Shown here: one piece after another, positions 20,262 to 30,400 of the stretch
Numbering within the stretch: position 1 is the stretch's first letter
Layout of the letters: every line of letters starts with the position of its first letter
Origin: a virus
Lineage: Duplodnaviria; Caudoviricetes
Strand: one strand, 5' to 3'
Virus record (IMG/VR): IMGVR_UViG_3300049783_001343
Location: 1-58,515 of that record
DNA: 58,515 nucleotides
Notes under the pieces: model-generated
The model's database searches: none
What the model was told of the DNA's origin: nothing
What the model saw: the letters and a program-made list of their open reading frames with translations, nothing else
Position numbers and translations under genes: made by a program

Positions 20262-22130
20262 ATGCCATTGACGAAGCTCCAGTTTAGGCCGGGTGTTAAC
20301 CGTGAGACCACCGCGTATGCAAACGAGGGCGGCTGGTTTGATGGTAATCGGGTGCGGTTCCGCGACGGTTTGCCGGAGACCATTGGTGGCTGGAAAAAAA
20401 TCTCATCACTGCAGTTTCTAGGCACGTGCCGCGCGCTTATTGGCTGGCGGGTTTTGGACGGAACCCAGCTTTTGGGAGTCGGGACCCACTTGAAATACTA
20501 CCTTGGGCGAGGTGGCGGCTATAGCGACATAACCCCAATCCGATCAACAACCGCCGCGGGGGACGCCACGTTCGCGGCGGTTGACGGAAGTTCCACCGTA
20601 ACAGTCACAGACGTCACCCACGGGGCACTGTTAAACGATTTTGTCACGTTCACGGACGCCGTTTCTCTTGGTGGGGCTGTGACCGCGCTGGTGCTGAACT
20701 CGGAATATCAAATAACGGCCATTGTAGACTCCGACAACTATGAGATCGCGTTGCCCGTCGCAGCCAACGCCAGTGACACTTCTGACGGCGGCGCCGCTAC
20801 GGTGGGGGCCTATCAGGTCAATACGGGTCTCGACACTTCTGTGATCGGCACAGGGTGGGGAGCTGGGGCTTGGGGAGCGGGCGGTTGGGGTGAAGCCTCG
20901 TCAACCGCCATCGCCGGAGCCCAGTTGCGCGTTTGGACCCACACAAACTTTGGAGAAGACCTTATATTTGCCCCACGAGGCGGTGGCGTTTACTATTGGG
21001 ACCGCACGAGCGGGTTTGCCTCCCGTGGTGTAAACATAACCTCGCTTGCTGGCGCCAACACTTCACCTACAATTGCGAACATTCTTCTTTTGTCTGAACG
21101 TGACCGTCACGTTATAGTTTTCGGAACAGACGATGAGTTTATACCGGGGGTGCTTGACCCTTTGCTCATTCGGTTTTCTGCCACAGAAAGTATTACGGAC
21201 TGGGAGTCTCGCCCCAACAACACTGCAGGGAGCCTGCGCGTAGGGTCAGGCAATGAAATAATTGCGGCTGTGCACACAAGACTTTTGACATTGGTAATCA
21301 CGGACGAGTCCGTGCACGCTATGCAGTTTAGCGGCCCGCCTTTCACGTTCGGTATTAACGAAGTGGCTTTCGGCACTTCGATCGCGAGCCCCAAGGCAGC
21401 AGTGGGGGTCGGTGACGAGGTTATGTGGATGGGGGTTGGTTCGTTTTACAGGTTCAACGGGCTCGTGCAGCAGATACCGTGCAGTGTCAGAGATTACGTC
21501 TTTGGAGATATTAACGAAAACCAGTACGCCAAGGTTTTCGCGGGACATGAGGGTTCTTTTGGTGAGGTTTATTGGTTCTACCCGTCAAGTGGATCTCAGG
21601 ACAATGACAAATATGTTGTGTACAATTACCTGCAGGATCTTTGGTATTACGGAGACTTGAGCCGAACCTCATGGCTCGCACGCTCAGTGTTTTCATCACC
21701 CATTGCCGCTTCCAAAGATAACTATCTCTACTTTCACGAAACAGGTATCACCGACGGAGATTTTGAACCCGCGCAGGCGCTGGGGTCATTTATTGAGTCC
21801 AGCCCAGTCGATATCGGGGACGGTGACAACTTCATGTTCGTTACGCGCATGATCCCCGACCTAACGTTCACTGGCTCAGAGGGTGCTACTGCCCCAAGTG
21901 CTACGATGACATTGTCGATGCAAAACTTTTCGGGCGGGGCATATGTCGGCTCCAATGCGCAGGATGTTGTGCAGACAGTCGCGGTCCCCGTTGAGCAGTT
22001 CACCGAGCAGGTTTACTTGCGCTTGCGGGGGAGATCGATACGCCTACGAGTGAGTTCTACATGCGATTGCACCGCATGGCGGCTGGGAGCCCCACGTCTC
22101 GACTTTAGACCCGATGGTCGCCGAGGATGA
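20262..22130 (+). CDS. Tail nozzle/packaged-DNA stabilisation protein (P22 gp10-like)
   Basis: GAGG RBS; RVRFRDG.PE.IGGW, EVYWFYPS, YVVYNY and WRLG..RLD..PDGRR motifs. Confidence 0.75.
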   Translation: MPLTKLQFRPGVNRETTAYANEGGWFDGNRVRFRDGLPETIGGWKKISSLQFLGTCRALIGWRVLDGTQLLGVGTHLKYYLGRGGGYSDITPIRSTTAAGDATFAAVDGSSTVTVTDVTHGALLNDFVTFTDAVSLGGAVTALVLNSEYQITAIVDSDNYEIALPVAANASDTSDGGAATVGAYQVNTGLDTSVIGTGWGAGAWGAGGWGEASSTAIAGAQLRVWTHTNFGEDLIFAPRGGGVYYWDRTSGFASRGVNITSLAGANTSPTIANILLLSERDRHVIVFGTDDEFIPGVLDPLLIRFSATESITDWESRPNNTAGSLRVGSGNEIIAAVHTRLLTLVITDESVHAMQFSGPPFTFGINEVAFGTSIASPKAAVGVGDEVMWMGVGSFYRFNGLVQQIPCSVRDYVFGDINENQYAKVFAGHEGSFGEVYWFYPSSGSQDNDKYVVYNYLQDLWYYGDLSRTSWLARSVFSSPIAASKDNYLYFHETGITDGDFEPAQALGSFIESSPVDIGDGDNFMFVTRMIPDLTFTGSEGATAPSATMTLSMQNFSGGAYVGSNAQDVVQTVAVPVEQFTEQVYLRLRGRSIRLRVSSTCDCTAWRLGAPRLDFRPDGRRG

Positions 22131-22378
22131 GCCGTGCCACAGCAATACCGTACTTCCCATCCCCGCCGGCGGAGTACAGTCAGCGTCACATGTCGCAGCT
22201 GGTGCAGTCTTTTGCAGTCTTTGCGCAGCAGACTCAAAACGTCGGCCCTGTGCAGGCCACCACACTCAAGCTCACAGACCTTCCGATCTTTGCCGACAAC
22301 GCGGCTGCGATCACTGGCGATCTTGTTGACGGGGATGTTTACAAAACGGCGACAGGTGAGCTCAGAATTGTAGTGTAG
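22127..22378 (+). CDS. Hypothetical virion protein
   Basis: ATGA overlap; GL..GDVY...G.L.IV C-terminus. Confidence 0.65.
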   Translation: MSRATAIPYFPSPPAEYSQRHMSQLVQSFAVFAQQTQNVGPVQATTLKLTDLPIFADNAAAITGDLVDGDVYKTATGELRIVV

Positions 22379-22429
22379 CCTTTCTTCGCGCAGTTTGGTA
22401 CTAATACGACATAGATGCTGGAGACGCAC

Positions 22430-23578
22430 ATGGTTTTACCTCTTCTTTTTAGCTTCCTCGGTGGAGGGCTTGCCAACGCGGGGGTTCTGGGCGCTGCTGG
22501 ATCGTTTCTCGCAAATCCTCTTGTCGCGAGTGCCATTGGTTCAGGCCTTGGCACAGCTGTTGAAACCGGTGATATCAAAAAAGGCATCGGTGCCGGTCTT
22601 GGTTCTTTTGCAGGAGGCTCCCTTGCGGGCAGTCTTACAGGAGGCATGGGAGGCGCGGCCGCAACCTCTGCAAACAACGTCAGCGGAAACATGGCAGAGT
22701 CGCTGCGTCCCATGGCTCGCCCGGAAAACTTAATGGGTGGCACTTCAATCGGCAGCGCTGGAGCAGGGCTTAAAGATATAGCCAGCGCTGGTATGGCTTT
22801 CGGATCTTCCGCGGAAGGCATTGGCTCAATGCTTGGCGGTCAGGTCGGAGGCGCGCTGCTTGCTGGCGGTGGCAACAAGTCTTCTGGAGGATCTGAAGGG
22901 CCCGACCTTTCCCAAATGCGCCCAATGGACCGTGAAGCGCGCACACCCGGCGCCGACTTTGTTCCGGGCCAATCCCCTGAGTTCGACTTCGGAGTCAGCA
23001 CACCTTACACCACCGATTATATGAACCAATACGCGCCCAAAGGCATGTTGGGGGGCGGTATGGTGGAGCGCACGGTGGCCGGATATGGCCCTGTTGCGAT
23101 GCGAGAGGGCGGTATTGCCGACATCGGCGCCACGCCGCGCGGAGGGTCCGCCCCTGCCCCGAACGAACGTGAAGTTATATCCGCGGCCATCGCAGCCGTG
23201 CAGGGCACACATCCTCAACCACAGGTGGCTCTTGGTGCGTTTCTTGCGCAATACGGCGAAGCTGCGCTGCGTGATCTGGTGGACCGTGTTCAGTCCGGCG
23301 AGATGGGCGAAACTGCAGCCAAGACAGAGGGCAAGCTGGATGGACCGGGGGACGGCATGAGTGACATGATCCCTGCGAGCATCGACGGACAAGACGACGT
23401 TTTGTTGAGTGACGGAGAATACATCGTCCCTGCGGACGTCGTGAGCGGTCTTGGTAACGGCTCAAGCGATGCGGGTGCCCAAGCGCTAAACACCATGAAC
23501 GACCGCGTACGTCTCGAACGAACAGGTAAAAAGAAGCAGGCCCCCGAGGTTCCTCAGAATAAGATGATGCCTGCATGA
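22430..23578 (+). CDS. Internal virion/ejection protein
   Basis: GGAG RBS; Gly/Ala-rich hydrophobic N-terminus; C-terminal GPGDGMSD.IPA...LSDGEYIVPADVVS. Confidence 0.65.
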   Translation: MVLPLLFSFLGGGLANAGVLGAAGSFLANPLVASAIGSGLGTAVETGDIKKGIGAGLGSFAGGSLAGSLTGGMGGAAATSANNVSGNMAESLRPMARPENLMGGTSIGSAGAGLKDIASAGMAFGSSAEGIGSMLGGQVGGALLAGGGNKSSGGSEGPDLSQMRPMDREARTPGADFVPGQSPEFDFGVSTPYTTDYMNQYAPKGMLGGGMVERTVAGYGPVAMREGGIADIGATPRGGSAPAPNEREVISAAIAAVQGTHPQPQVALGAFLAQYGEAALRDLVDRVQSGEMGETAAKTEGKLDGPGDGMSDMIPASIDGQDDVLLSDGEYIVPADVVSGLGNGSSDAGAQALNTMNDRVRLERTGKKKQAPEVPQNKMMPA

Positions 23579-24006
23579 CCAAAGACGTCCGCATATCGCC
23601 GGTACGTCCAGAACTTGTAGATATAGTGTGGCCAGCGGCGAGCAAGATGTTGGAACTAGCAACCGACACCTCGGGTGGAAAGTTTTCCATCGAAGGTGTG
23701 CACAAAGCGGTGATCAACGGGGAACTGGTACTATGGATGATATTGGAAGACGGGGCCCCTGTGGCGTTTTATACGACACGTTTGGTTGAATACCCGAACC
23801 GGCGCGCGATGGCCATGGACTGGGTGGGTGGATCTGGGCTATCTTCGTGGCGAAACGAAGCGCTTGACGCAATGGAAAAGCACGCGCGTGCAAATAAATG
23901 CCAACACTTGGAAGGTTTTGGCAGGGCGGCGTGGGGGCGTATATTGAAGCGGCGCGGGTGGAAGCCCGAGTACGTCGCATACAGGATGGAGCTGAACGAT
24001 GAGTAA
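23575..24006 (+). CDS. Putative GNAT-fold protein among the ejection genes
   Basis: ATGA overlap; EGFGRAAWGRIL motif. Confidence 0.55.
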   Translation: MTKDVRISPVRPELVDIVWPAASKMLELATDTSGGKFSIEGVHKAVINGELVLWMILEDGAPVAFYTTRLVEYPNRRAMAMDWVGGSGLSSWRNEALDAMEKHARANKCQHLEGFGRAAWGRILKRRGWKPEYVAYRMELNDE

Positions 24007-25267
24007 GGGCGGATCAACCACCGAGCAGACAACCACACAGGACGTTCCTGATTGGGCCAAGCCGTATTACGAAGACGTTCTTGGTAAAAGCAAATCCATG
24101 AGCGAAGAGGGGTACGTGCCTTTTACGGGCGCACGTATCGCTGGCGACTCTGGTGATTTAAGCACATCCCAAGACATGATCCGCGATAATGCCGCGCAAG
24201 GGGGTGCTGGTTTTGATGCGGCGAGGGGCGCACTGGGCGGATTGGGCTCTCTCGCTGGCGATCTGGGTCAACAACAGGGGTCTAATTTTGCCGCGTTTAA
24301 CGGTTTTGACGCCGGCGTCGCTGATCCGTATGCGGGGTTCTCTGAGTTTGGCGGGGCACAGGAGTTTGGCGGGGCTCAGGAATTTGGTTTTGATCCGACT
24401 CGTCAGTTCGACGGGGCCACAGCCGCCCAGTATATGTCACCTTACATGGAGTCCGTTGTAAACCGTCAGCAAGAAGATGCCTACGAGCAGTTTGACCGTG
24501 GGCGCGCTGGGCGTGACGCGCAAGCTGTCAGTGCCGGCGCCTTCGGTGGATCTCGGCAGGCTGTTCAAGAAGGTATTGCGAGCGAGGCTCTCAGTACCCA
24601 ACTGGGCGACATTCAGGCATCAGGTTCGCAGCGCGCGTTCGAGCAAGCACAGCAGCAATTCGAGCGTGACCGTTCTGCAAGTATGACCACAGAACAGTCC
24701 CGCGCCGCAGAGGCAGCCCGTGTTCAAGGGATTGGTGTTGGTGAAGCTGGCCGCGTGCAGGATATGAATGCAAGTGAAGCCGCGCGCGTGCAGGCCGGTC
24801 AAGCCTCCGAACTTGCGCGGACTCAAGGTATCAATATCGATGAGCAGGCTCGCGTTCAGAACGCTAACGCTGCAGAGCAGGGTCGTGTCCAAGGCGCGAC
24901 CGCCGATGAAGCGATGCGCCAAAGGGAGTTCCAGCTCCAGACCATGGGCTTCAGTGCCGACATGGCAACACAAATGGCAAACTTGCAGGACCGTGCTGAT
25001 CAGGGCGACGTTCAGGCTGCGCAGCTTCTTGAGGCCCAAGGGCTTGGTAACATGGCGCGTGATCAAGCCGGATTGGACATAAACTACCAAGACTTCCTTC
25101 GTCAGCAGAATTTCCCACGTCAACAGTTGGCTGATCAGTCGGCGCTGTTGCGGGGCATGCCCGTGGCGGCCGCTGGGTCAACCACAACCGAGACGCCCTA
25201 CAATCCAATGCAGCAAGCACTCGGTGCGGGCATATCGGCTCTTGGTGTCTATAAAGGAATGCAGTGA
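23999..25267 (+). CDS. Internal virion/ejection protein
   Basis: P.WAKPY, YMSPY and AGAFGGSRQ motifs; Ala/Gln-rich helices. Confidence 0.7.
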   Translation: MSKGGSTTEQTTTQDVPDWAKPYYEDVLGKSKSMSEEGYVPFTGARIAGDSGDLSTSQDMIRDNAAQGGAGFDAARGALGGLGSLAGDLGQQQGSNFAAFNGFDAGVADPYAGFSEFGGAQEFGGAQEFGFDPTRQFDGATAAQYMSPYMESVVNRQQEDAYEQFDRGRAGRDAQAVSAGAFGGSRQAVQEGIASEALSTQLGDIQASGSQRAFEQAQQQFERDRSASMTTEQSRAAEAARVQGIGVGEAGRVQDMNASEAARVQAGQASELARTQGINIDEQARVQNANAAEQGRVQGATADEAMRQREFQLQTMGFSADMATQMANLQDRADQGDVQAAQLLEAQGLGNMARDQAGLDINYQDFLRQQNFPRQQLADQSALLRGMPVAAAGSTTTETPYNPMQQALGAGISALGVYKGMQ

Positions 25268-27399
25268 TGAACATCCTCGAAACGCAGGATAAGCTCAAGG
25301 GCCTGTCGCAAGACCAGCTTATGGCGGAAATGAAGATGCCCACCGGTCAAGCACCGCAGTTCTTGGTGTTGAGCGAGATCACTCGCCGTCAGAAGATGCA
25401 AGAGTCGTTTTCTTTGGAGCAAGGCAAAGACGAGACCACTGTGGCGCAAGACGCTGTGGCGGCTGCGGGCATGCCCGGTCAGTTCGCTGGCGATATGGCT
25501 GGCACGATGGCTCCCCAGACTGACATGGACGGAAACACCGGTGCAATGCCCCAGCAAGCGATGCCGCCCCAAGGCTCCCCCGCTCCACAGACTATGTCTG
25601 GTGGTGGGATCGTATCGTTGCAAGAAGGTGGCCCTGTAGGTGGTGACATCTCCAGCCTTATGACCGATCCCACAATCCAGACAATGGCCAACCGTGCAGG
25701 TATGTCCATTCAAGAATACTTCGACAGCCTTGCTCCCGAAGCGCAGGCGCAGCACTTGAGGCGCGTTGAGCGTTCCAGCATGATGGCTCTGGAACCTACT
25801 GTTGCAGGGACGCCGCTGGCAGTTAACCCGTCGTCCGCGGAAAGCACGCAGGACACGTTCAGAGCCGGTGATGCTTTTGAAGATGAACGTGCCGGTTATA
25901 TTCAAGACCTGCTGCGCGAGTCGTCGGGCCCTGAGCCTTTCGATATGCAGACTCTCGCTGGTCGTGGCGTACAACCCAAGGCTCCCGAGTTTGACGCTCG
26001 GTCGGCACCCAATCTGCCCAATCGGCTTCTGTCGGGGCAGCGGGGCGAAGGCGCGTCGGCTATGAACGACTTCCCGAGAGTGCCGTCCGCGCTAAACGCT
26101 CCAAACCCAACAAGTGGGCAACCGTTTAGCATAGAGCAGCCGCCTAATCGGTCGTACCCCAGCCCGCGAGGTCCCGTCAATAACGACCGCCCTGTTGCGA
26201 TGCCTACACCCTCGCCGCATGGCCCCAGTCCAGTTGGCGCGATAGACACCGGCGCTTTTGGCGAAACGTTGGGCAGGTGGGGTGACTCCGCAAGAGACGC
26301 TACAGATCTAACCGCAAGCTCAATCACTGCAATTGGCGACTACGATCCAAACCGTGAGCTTGGGCAAAGCGGCGGCGCTTTTGGTGATCTGGGCTATTTG
26401 GCGCAACTGGGGGTCGGCGCTATTAGCAAAGCCCCCGGAGTTGCGGGGGCAGGATTGGGCTATTTGGCCGGACAGACGGGCGACTTGGCAGTGACCACCG
26501 CAGAGATAGTTAACAACCTTGTCGACCCTTATACCAACTACGTCGCTGGGGTCACGGCCAACCCGAACGACGGCCCGTCCGCTATGGAGGAGGCCGCGAC
26601 TGCACCGCAAGCAAACACTGGAGCAGGTCTTGCCGAACTTGGCCCAACGGTTTCCGCCGCTGCGGCACAAGAAAGCGCGCCCGATGCCGGAATGGACATG
26701 GGAACGGCTCTTTCTGGTGTCGTTATGCCGCCCGTCGGAGGAGCCCCTGCCCAATCGCAAGGTTCACGCGCGGCGCCGTCTGGTGGTGGTATCGCAAGCA
26801 TGGCTGCCCAAGGCGGCGGAGCTCCGTCTGACTACGAGCAAGAGCTTATTAAGATGTTGAACGCCCGCGAAAAGCGTGCCGAGCAGGACAAGTGGATGGC
26901 GCTTGCTGAGGCTGGTATGGCCCTGATGTCGTCTTCGCAGCCAACGTTTGGCGGAGCTCTTGGCGAAGCTGGACAGGCTGGGCTTGGTGCACTGCGTGCA
27001 GGTACCGAGTCTGCTGAAACCGATCGTCTGGGCATGCTCGGTGCGATTGAGCAGTCCCGTTTGGGCCGCGAACAGCTTCAGATGCAACGCCAAGCAGCGG
27101 CTGCAAGGGCGGCTTCGGGCCGCAGTAGTGGCAGTGGCGGGGATGACGAGGGACCGATTGGTGATATTACTGCTGGACAGGGTCGCACAGTTGCGCAACA
27201 CAACGCGGACATTGAGTTCTACAGGGAAAGTTTAAGCGGTGCTTACGGCCCGGTAAATCCGGGCGACCGCGTGACCCTAACGAGCGCGCTTAACACCTCT
27301 GTTGGCCGCAGGAACGCTCTTCTGACGGCAGGGTCCGGCACGCCGTTTGGTGGGGCGGTGCCTGTTGGTCAGATAGACCTCGACCTCACTGCCCCATAA
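25264..27399 (+). CDS. Internal virion/ejection protein
   Basis: GTGA overlap; low-complexity A/G/P-rich 711 aa. Confidence 0.65.
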   Translation: MMNILETQDKLKGLSQDQLMAEMKMPTGQAPQFLVLSEITRRQKMQESFSLEQGKDETTVAQDAVAAAGMPGQFAGDMAGTMAPQTDMDGNTGAMPQQAMPPQGSPAPQTMSGGGIVSLQEGGPVGGDISSLMTDPTIQTMANRAGMSIQEYFDSLAPEAQAQHLRRVERSSMMALEPTVAGTPLAVNPSSAESTQDTFRAGDAFEDERAGYIQDLLRESSGPEPFDMQTLAGRGVQPKAPEFDARSAPNLPNRLLSGQRGEGASAMNDFPRVPSALNAPNPTSGQPFSIEQPPNRSYPSPRGPVNNDRPVAMPTPSPHGPSPVGAIDTGAFGETLGRWGDSARDATDLTASSITAIGDYDPNRELGQSGGAFGDLGYLAQLGVGAISKAPGVAGAGLGYLAGQTGDLAVTTAEIVNNLVDPYTNYVAGVTANPNDGPSAMEEAATAPQANTGAGLAELGPTVSAAAAQESAPDAGMDMGTALSGVVMPPVGGAPAQSQGSRAAPSGGGIASMAAQGGGAPSDYEQELIKMLNAREKRAEQDKWMALAEAGMALMSSSQPTFGGALGEAGQAGLGALRAGTESAETDRLGMLGAIEQSRLGREQLQMQRQAAAARAASGRSSGSGGDDEGPIGDITAGQGRTVAQHNADIEFYRESLSGAYGPVNPGDRVTLTSALNTSVGRRNALLTAGSGTPFGGAVPVGQIDLDLTAP

Positions 27400-27411
27400 G
27401 GAGACTTCACA

Positions 27412-30400
27412 GTGGCTGAGATACGTGTACCCGGCGAATTAAGTGGAAAAGAATACAACATCCGCATTGCTGGGGACAGCCCAACTGCGGACGAGCGGCA
27501 GCGCATTGATGCCTTTGTTCGTCAAAGCGAAACGCAGTTTGCTGGTGAGTATGAGGCTCAGTTTGGCGAAAACCTCCTTCCCAGCACCGGTTTTGGTGCA
27601 CAGGTGGGCGAAATGTTTCGCGGCATTCCTCGCGGCGTGGGTTCCCTGTTGCAGTCTAGCGCCACCGGTTTGGCAACTCCGTTGGGTGAAGAGACTGAGC
27701 TAAAAGCACGCGAGGGTATCCGCAGTCTGGGTGCAAGTCTGCAAGACCGTTACGCCGTCCCTGTCGGTAGAGAAGGTATGGTCGGAGGCACACTGGGCGA
27801 GGGTCTGGGGTCCACACTGCCGTTCTTTGCCTTGGCTCCTTTCGGGCCAGTTGGTGTTGGGGCTGGTATAGGCCTCGGTGCATCGGCCGGTGCAGGCGAG
27901 GCGAGCGAACGCGCGCGGCGTGCAGGCGCCACCGAAGAGGAACGCAACGCAGCTATACCGCTCGGTGGTCTTGTGGGTGTATCCGAAATCGCAGTGCCTG
28001 TTGCTCTGCGTGGCTTGTTCCGAGGTCTTTTGAGATCGGGGGTGCCTGAAACGACTATCAGGGCCCGTCTTGGCCGTATCGCCTCGGCTTCCACCGCAGA
28101 GGGTGCGCAAGAGGCCGCTACCGAGTTCCTGCAAAACAGCATTGAGGCTGGAATATACAATCCCGAGAAGGACCTGCAGGACGGATTGATCCCTGCAGGC
28201 GGCGTTGGCGCGGGCGTTGGTGGCATCATACAAGCTCTTGTTGAGTTGGGCACACGTAACCGTGGGCCGTCAATTACACCTTCGCGCACACCTGCGCCGT
28301 CTGACCCTCAGCTAGCACTCCCCGCGCCGGAAGGGCCGCTTAACCCATCTGCTCCATCTGCTCCATCTGCTCCACAACGTGCTCCGACATCGGAACAGGG
28401 TCAGAGGCCTGATCTGTCGCCACCAACCGAACCTTCCGCGCCCTTGGTAACGCCTCCGCCCACTGCGGTTGGTGATGTGACTTTGCTCACGTCCGCCCCT
28501 GCGCCAACAGCCGACGAGATGGTTGCACTCATGGACGAACTGGGGATACCCCGCACCGCAGCGTTGCGAAACAGCGTGCGGAGCGGTACGATCCGTACCA
28601 ACGAGCAGCTCGGGGAAAGGCTTGCAAAGTTTGCGAAAGCCACAACGTCCGATCGAGCCGTTCCTGTAAACGAGTATCTTGCACGGGAGACACAGGATGA
28701 CACCTCAACCGCAGTGGGCCCTGTCGGCCCTGAGCAATCCAGAGATCGAGAGGGGGTTGCAGATAGTGGCCAACAGCTTGGAGATGAACCAGCCCCTCCA
28801 CCTGTCGCCGGAAGTGTTGAAACCGTTGGACCTGTCACACCTGACGCCCCGCCAGTGGCACGGGTTGATGACGGCACACTTCCAGCTGCTGTGGCAGCGG
28901 GAGAACAACCCGCTACACTAGACGCCCAGCCTGTCGAGGCGCCATCTTTGACAATGTCGCAACTTATCGCCGAGAGCACTCGTGCCCAAGTCGATCCCTC
29001 AGTTGCCGTTGAACCTACCGCTATCGTCGACCCAGATGTCGTCGAGCCTGCCGCTTTGGCAATGCCGCAGCGTATCGCCGAGGCTGGCGTAGCGCCCGTT
29101 AACCCTGAAATGCAGAGGTCTGCCGTTGAACCTATTCCCGTTGAACCTATTCCCGTTGAACCTATTCCCGTTGGACCTGCTGCTGGCGTCGAACCTGCTG
29201 CTGGCGTCGACCCTGCTGCGGCGGCTGTCGTCGAACCGGTCGCTGAGCCCATTGAACGCAGCCCAATGGCAGGCGCCACGCCGGGTATCGAGTCAGGCGC
29301 AGCTGGTCAAACAATTCCCGCGCCGGTGGCGCCCGCTGCAACACCGCCGGTCGTTGATGGGTCTGTCCAAAATGTCGTGAATGATCTGCGTGCACAGCGC
29401 GCGAAAGTGATTGAAGACGACACCAAGGGCTTTGTTCAAGGCGAAATCGATACGTGGTACGGTGAGAACGCGCCTGCCGAAAAGCAGGAGGCCCTGAAAC
29501 GCTTTACGTTTACCGACCCCGTGCCGTCGCCCCTGCCCGCCGCCGACATGCAGTCGGTCCTGACACTGTTGCAAGCCGCTCCAAAAACACGCGCAAAGGG
29601 GAAAATAACGCCAGCGCAGGCGGCCTTCACCTACTTCAGCATGTCGCCGGACATAGACTACGTCTTGCGCTCTATCGCCTATGATCAAGCGCAGAACATG
29701 GAGACCGACGCCAACAACCGTGAGCCGTCCTTCCGTCGCGAAACACAGTTTGAGGACTCGGCAGAAGCCTCCTTATACGAGGGAACTGGTCGTGAACCGG
29801 CACTCCGCGCTGCGCGCTGGATACGTGACAACTTGTCAGAGCAGGCGCGGGACACCGTGGCCACGTACACTTTCAACGACTACCGCCCGATCGATTACGC
29901 CGCAGCTTCAGATGCTCGCGATATGAACCAAGCGCGCGAAAAGGCACTGAAGTCCGAGGTCGACGAGATTATCGCTAATACCTACGGCGACAGCACCCCC
30001 GACGCTGACACTGCTGCAGACTTGGGTTTCGCCACTGAGGATCTAGGCGATATCGACTTGGCACATTACTCTGCTGGCGCAACGTCTTGGTTGGGGAACT
30101 CACATCCGCGCGTCGAAGAACGCATCCGTGCAGGTGACGTTCGCGGTGCTCTGGAAGGTTTGGCAATAACTGCACATAACCGCACCCACCGTAAGCTGGC
30201 CGCAAAGCTGCTCGCCAAGATCAGGGACGTGCGTTCAGAGGTGCTTCCCGAGCCGGTGCTGCGCGAGATCATGCTCACTCTCGATCCCGAGACTGTGTCA
30301 CCGTCCGATACCACTGCAGGTGCCTACATTATACCAGCGTCGGAAAAAACCATAGCAGCGTTGCGCCGCGAAGGACGTGAAGACGCCATCTCTGTGCTTG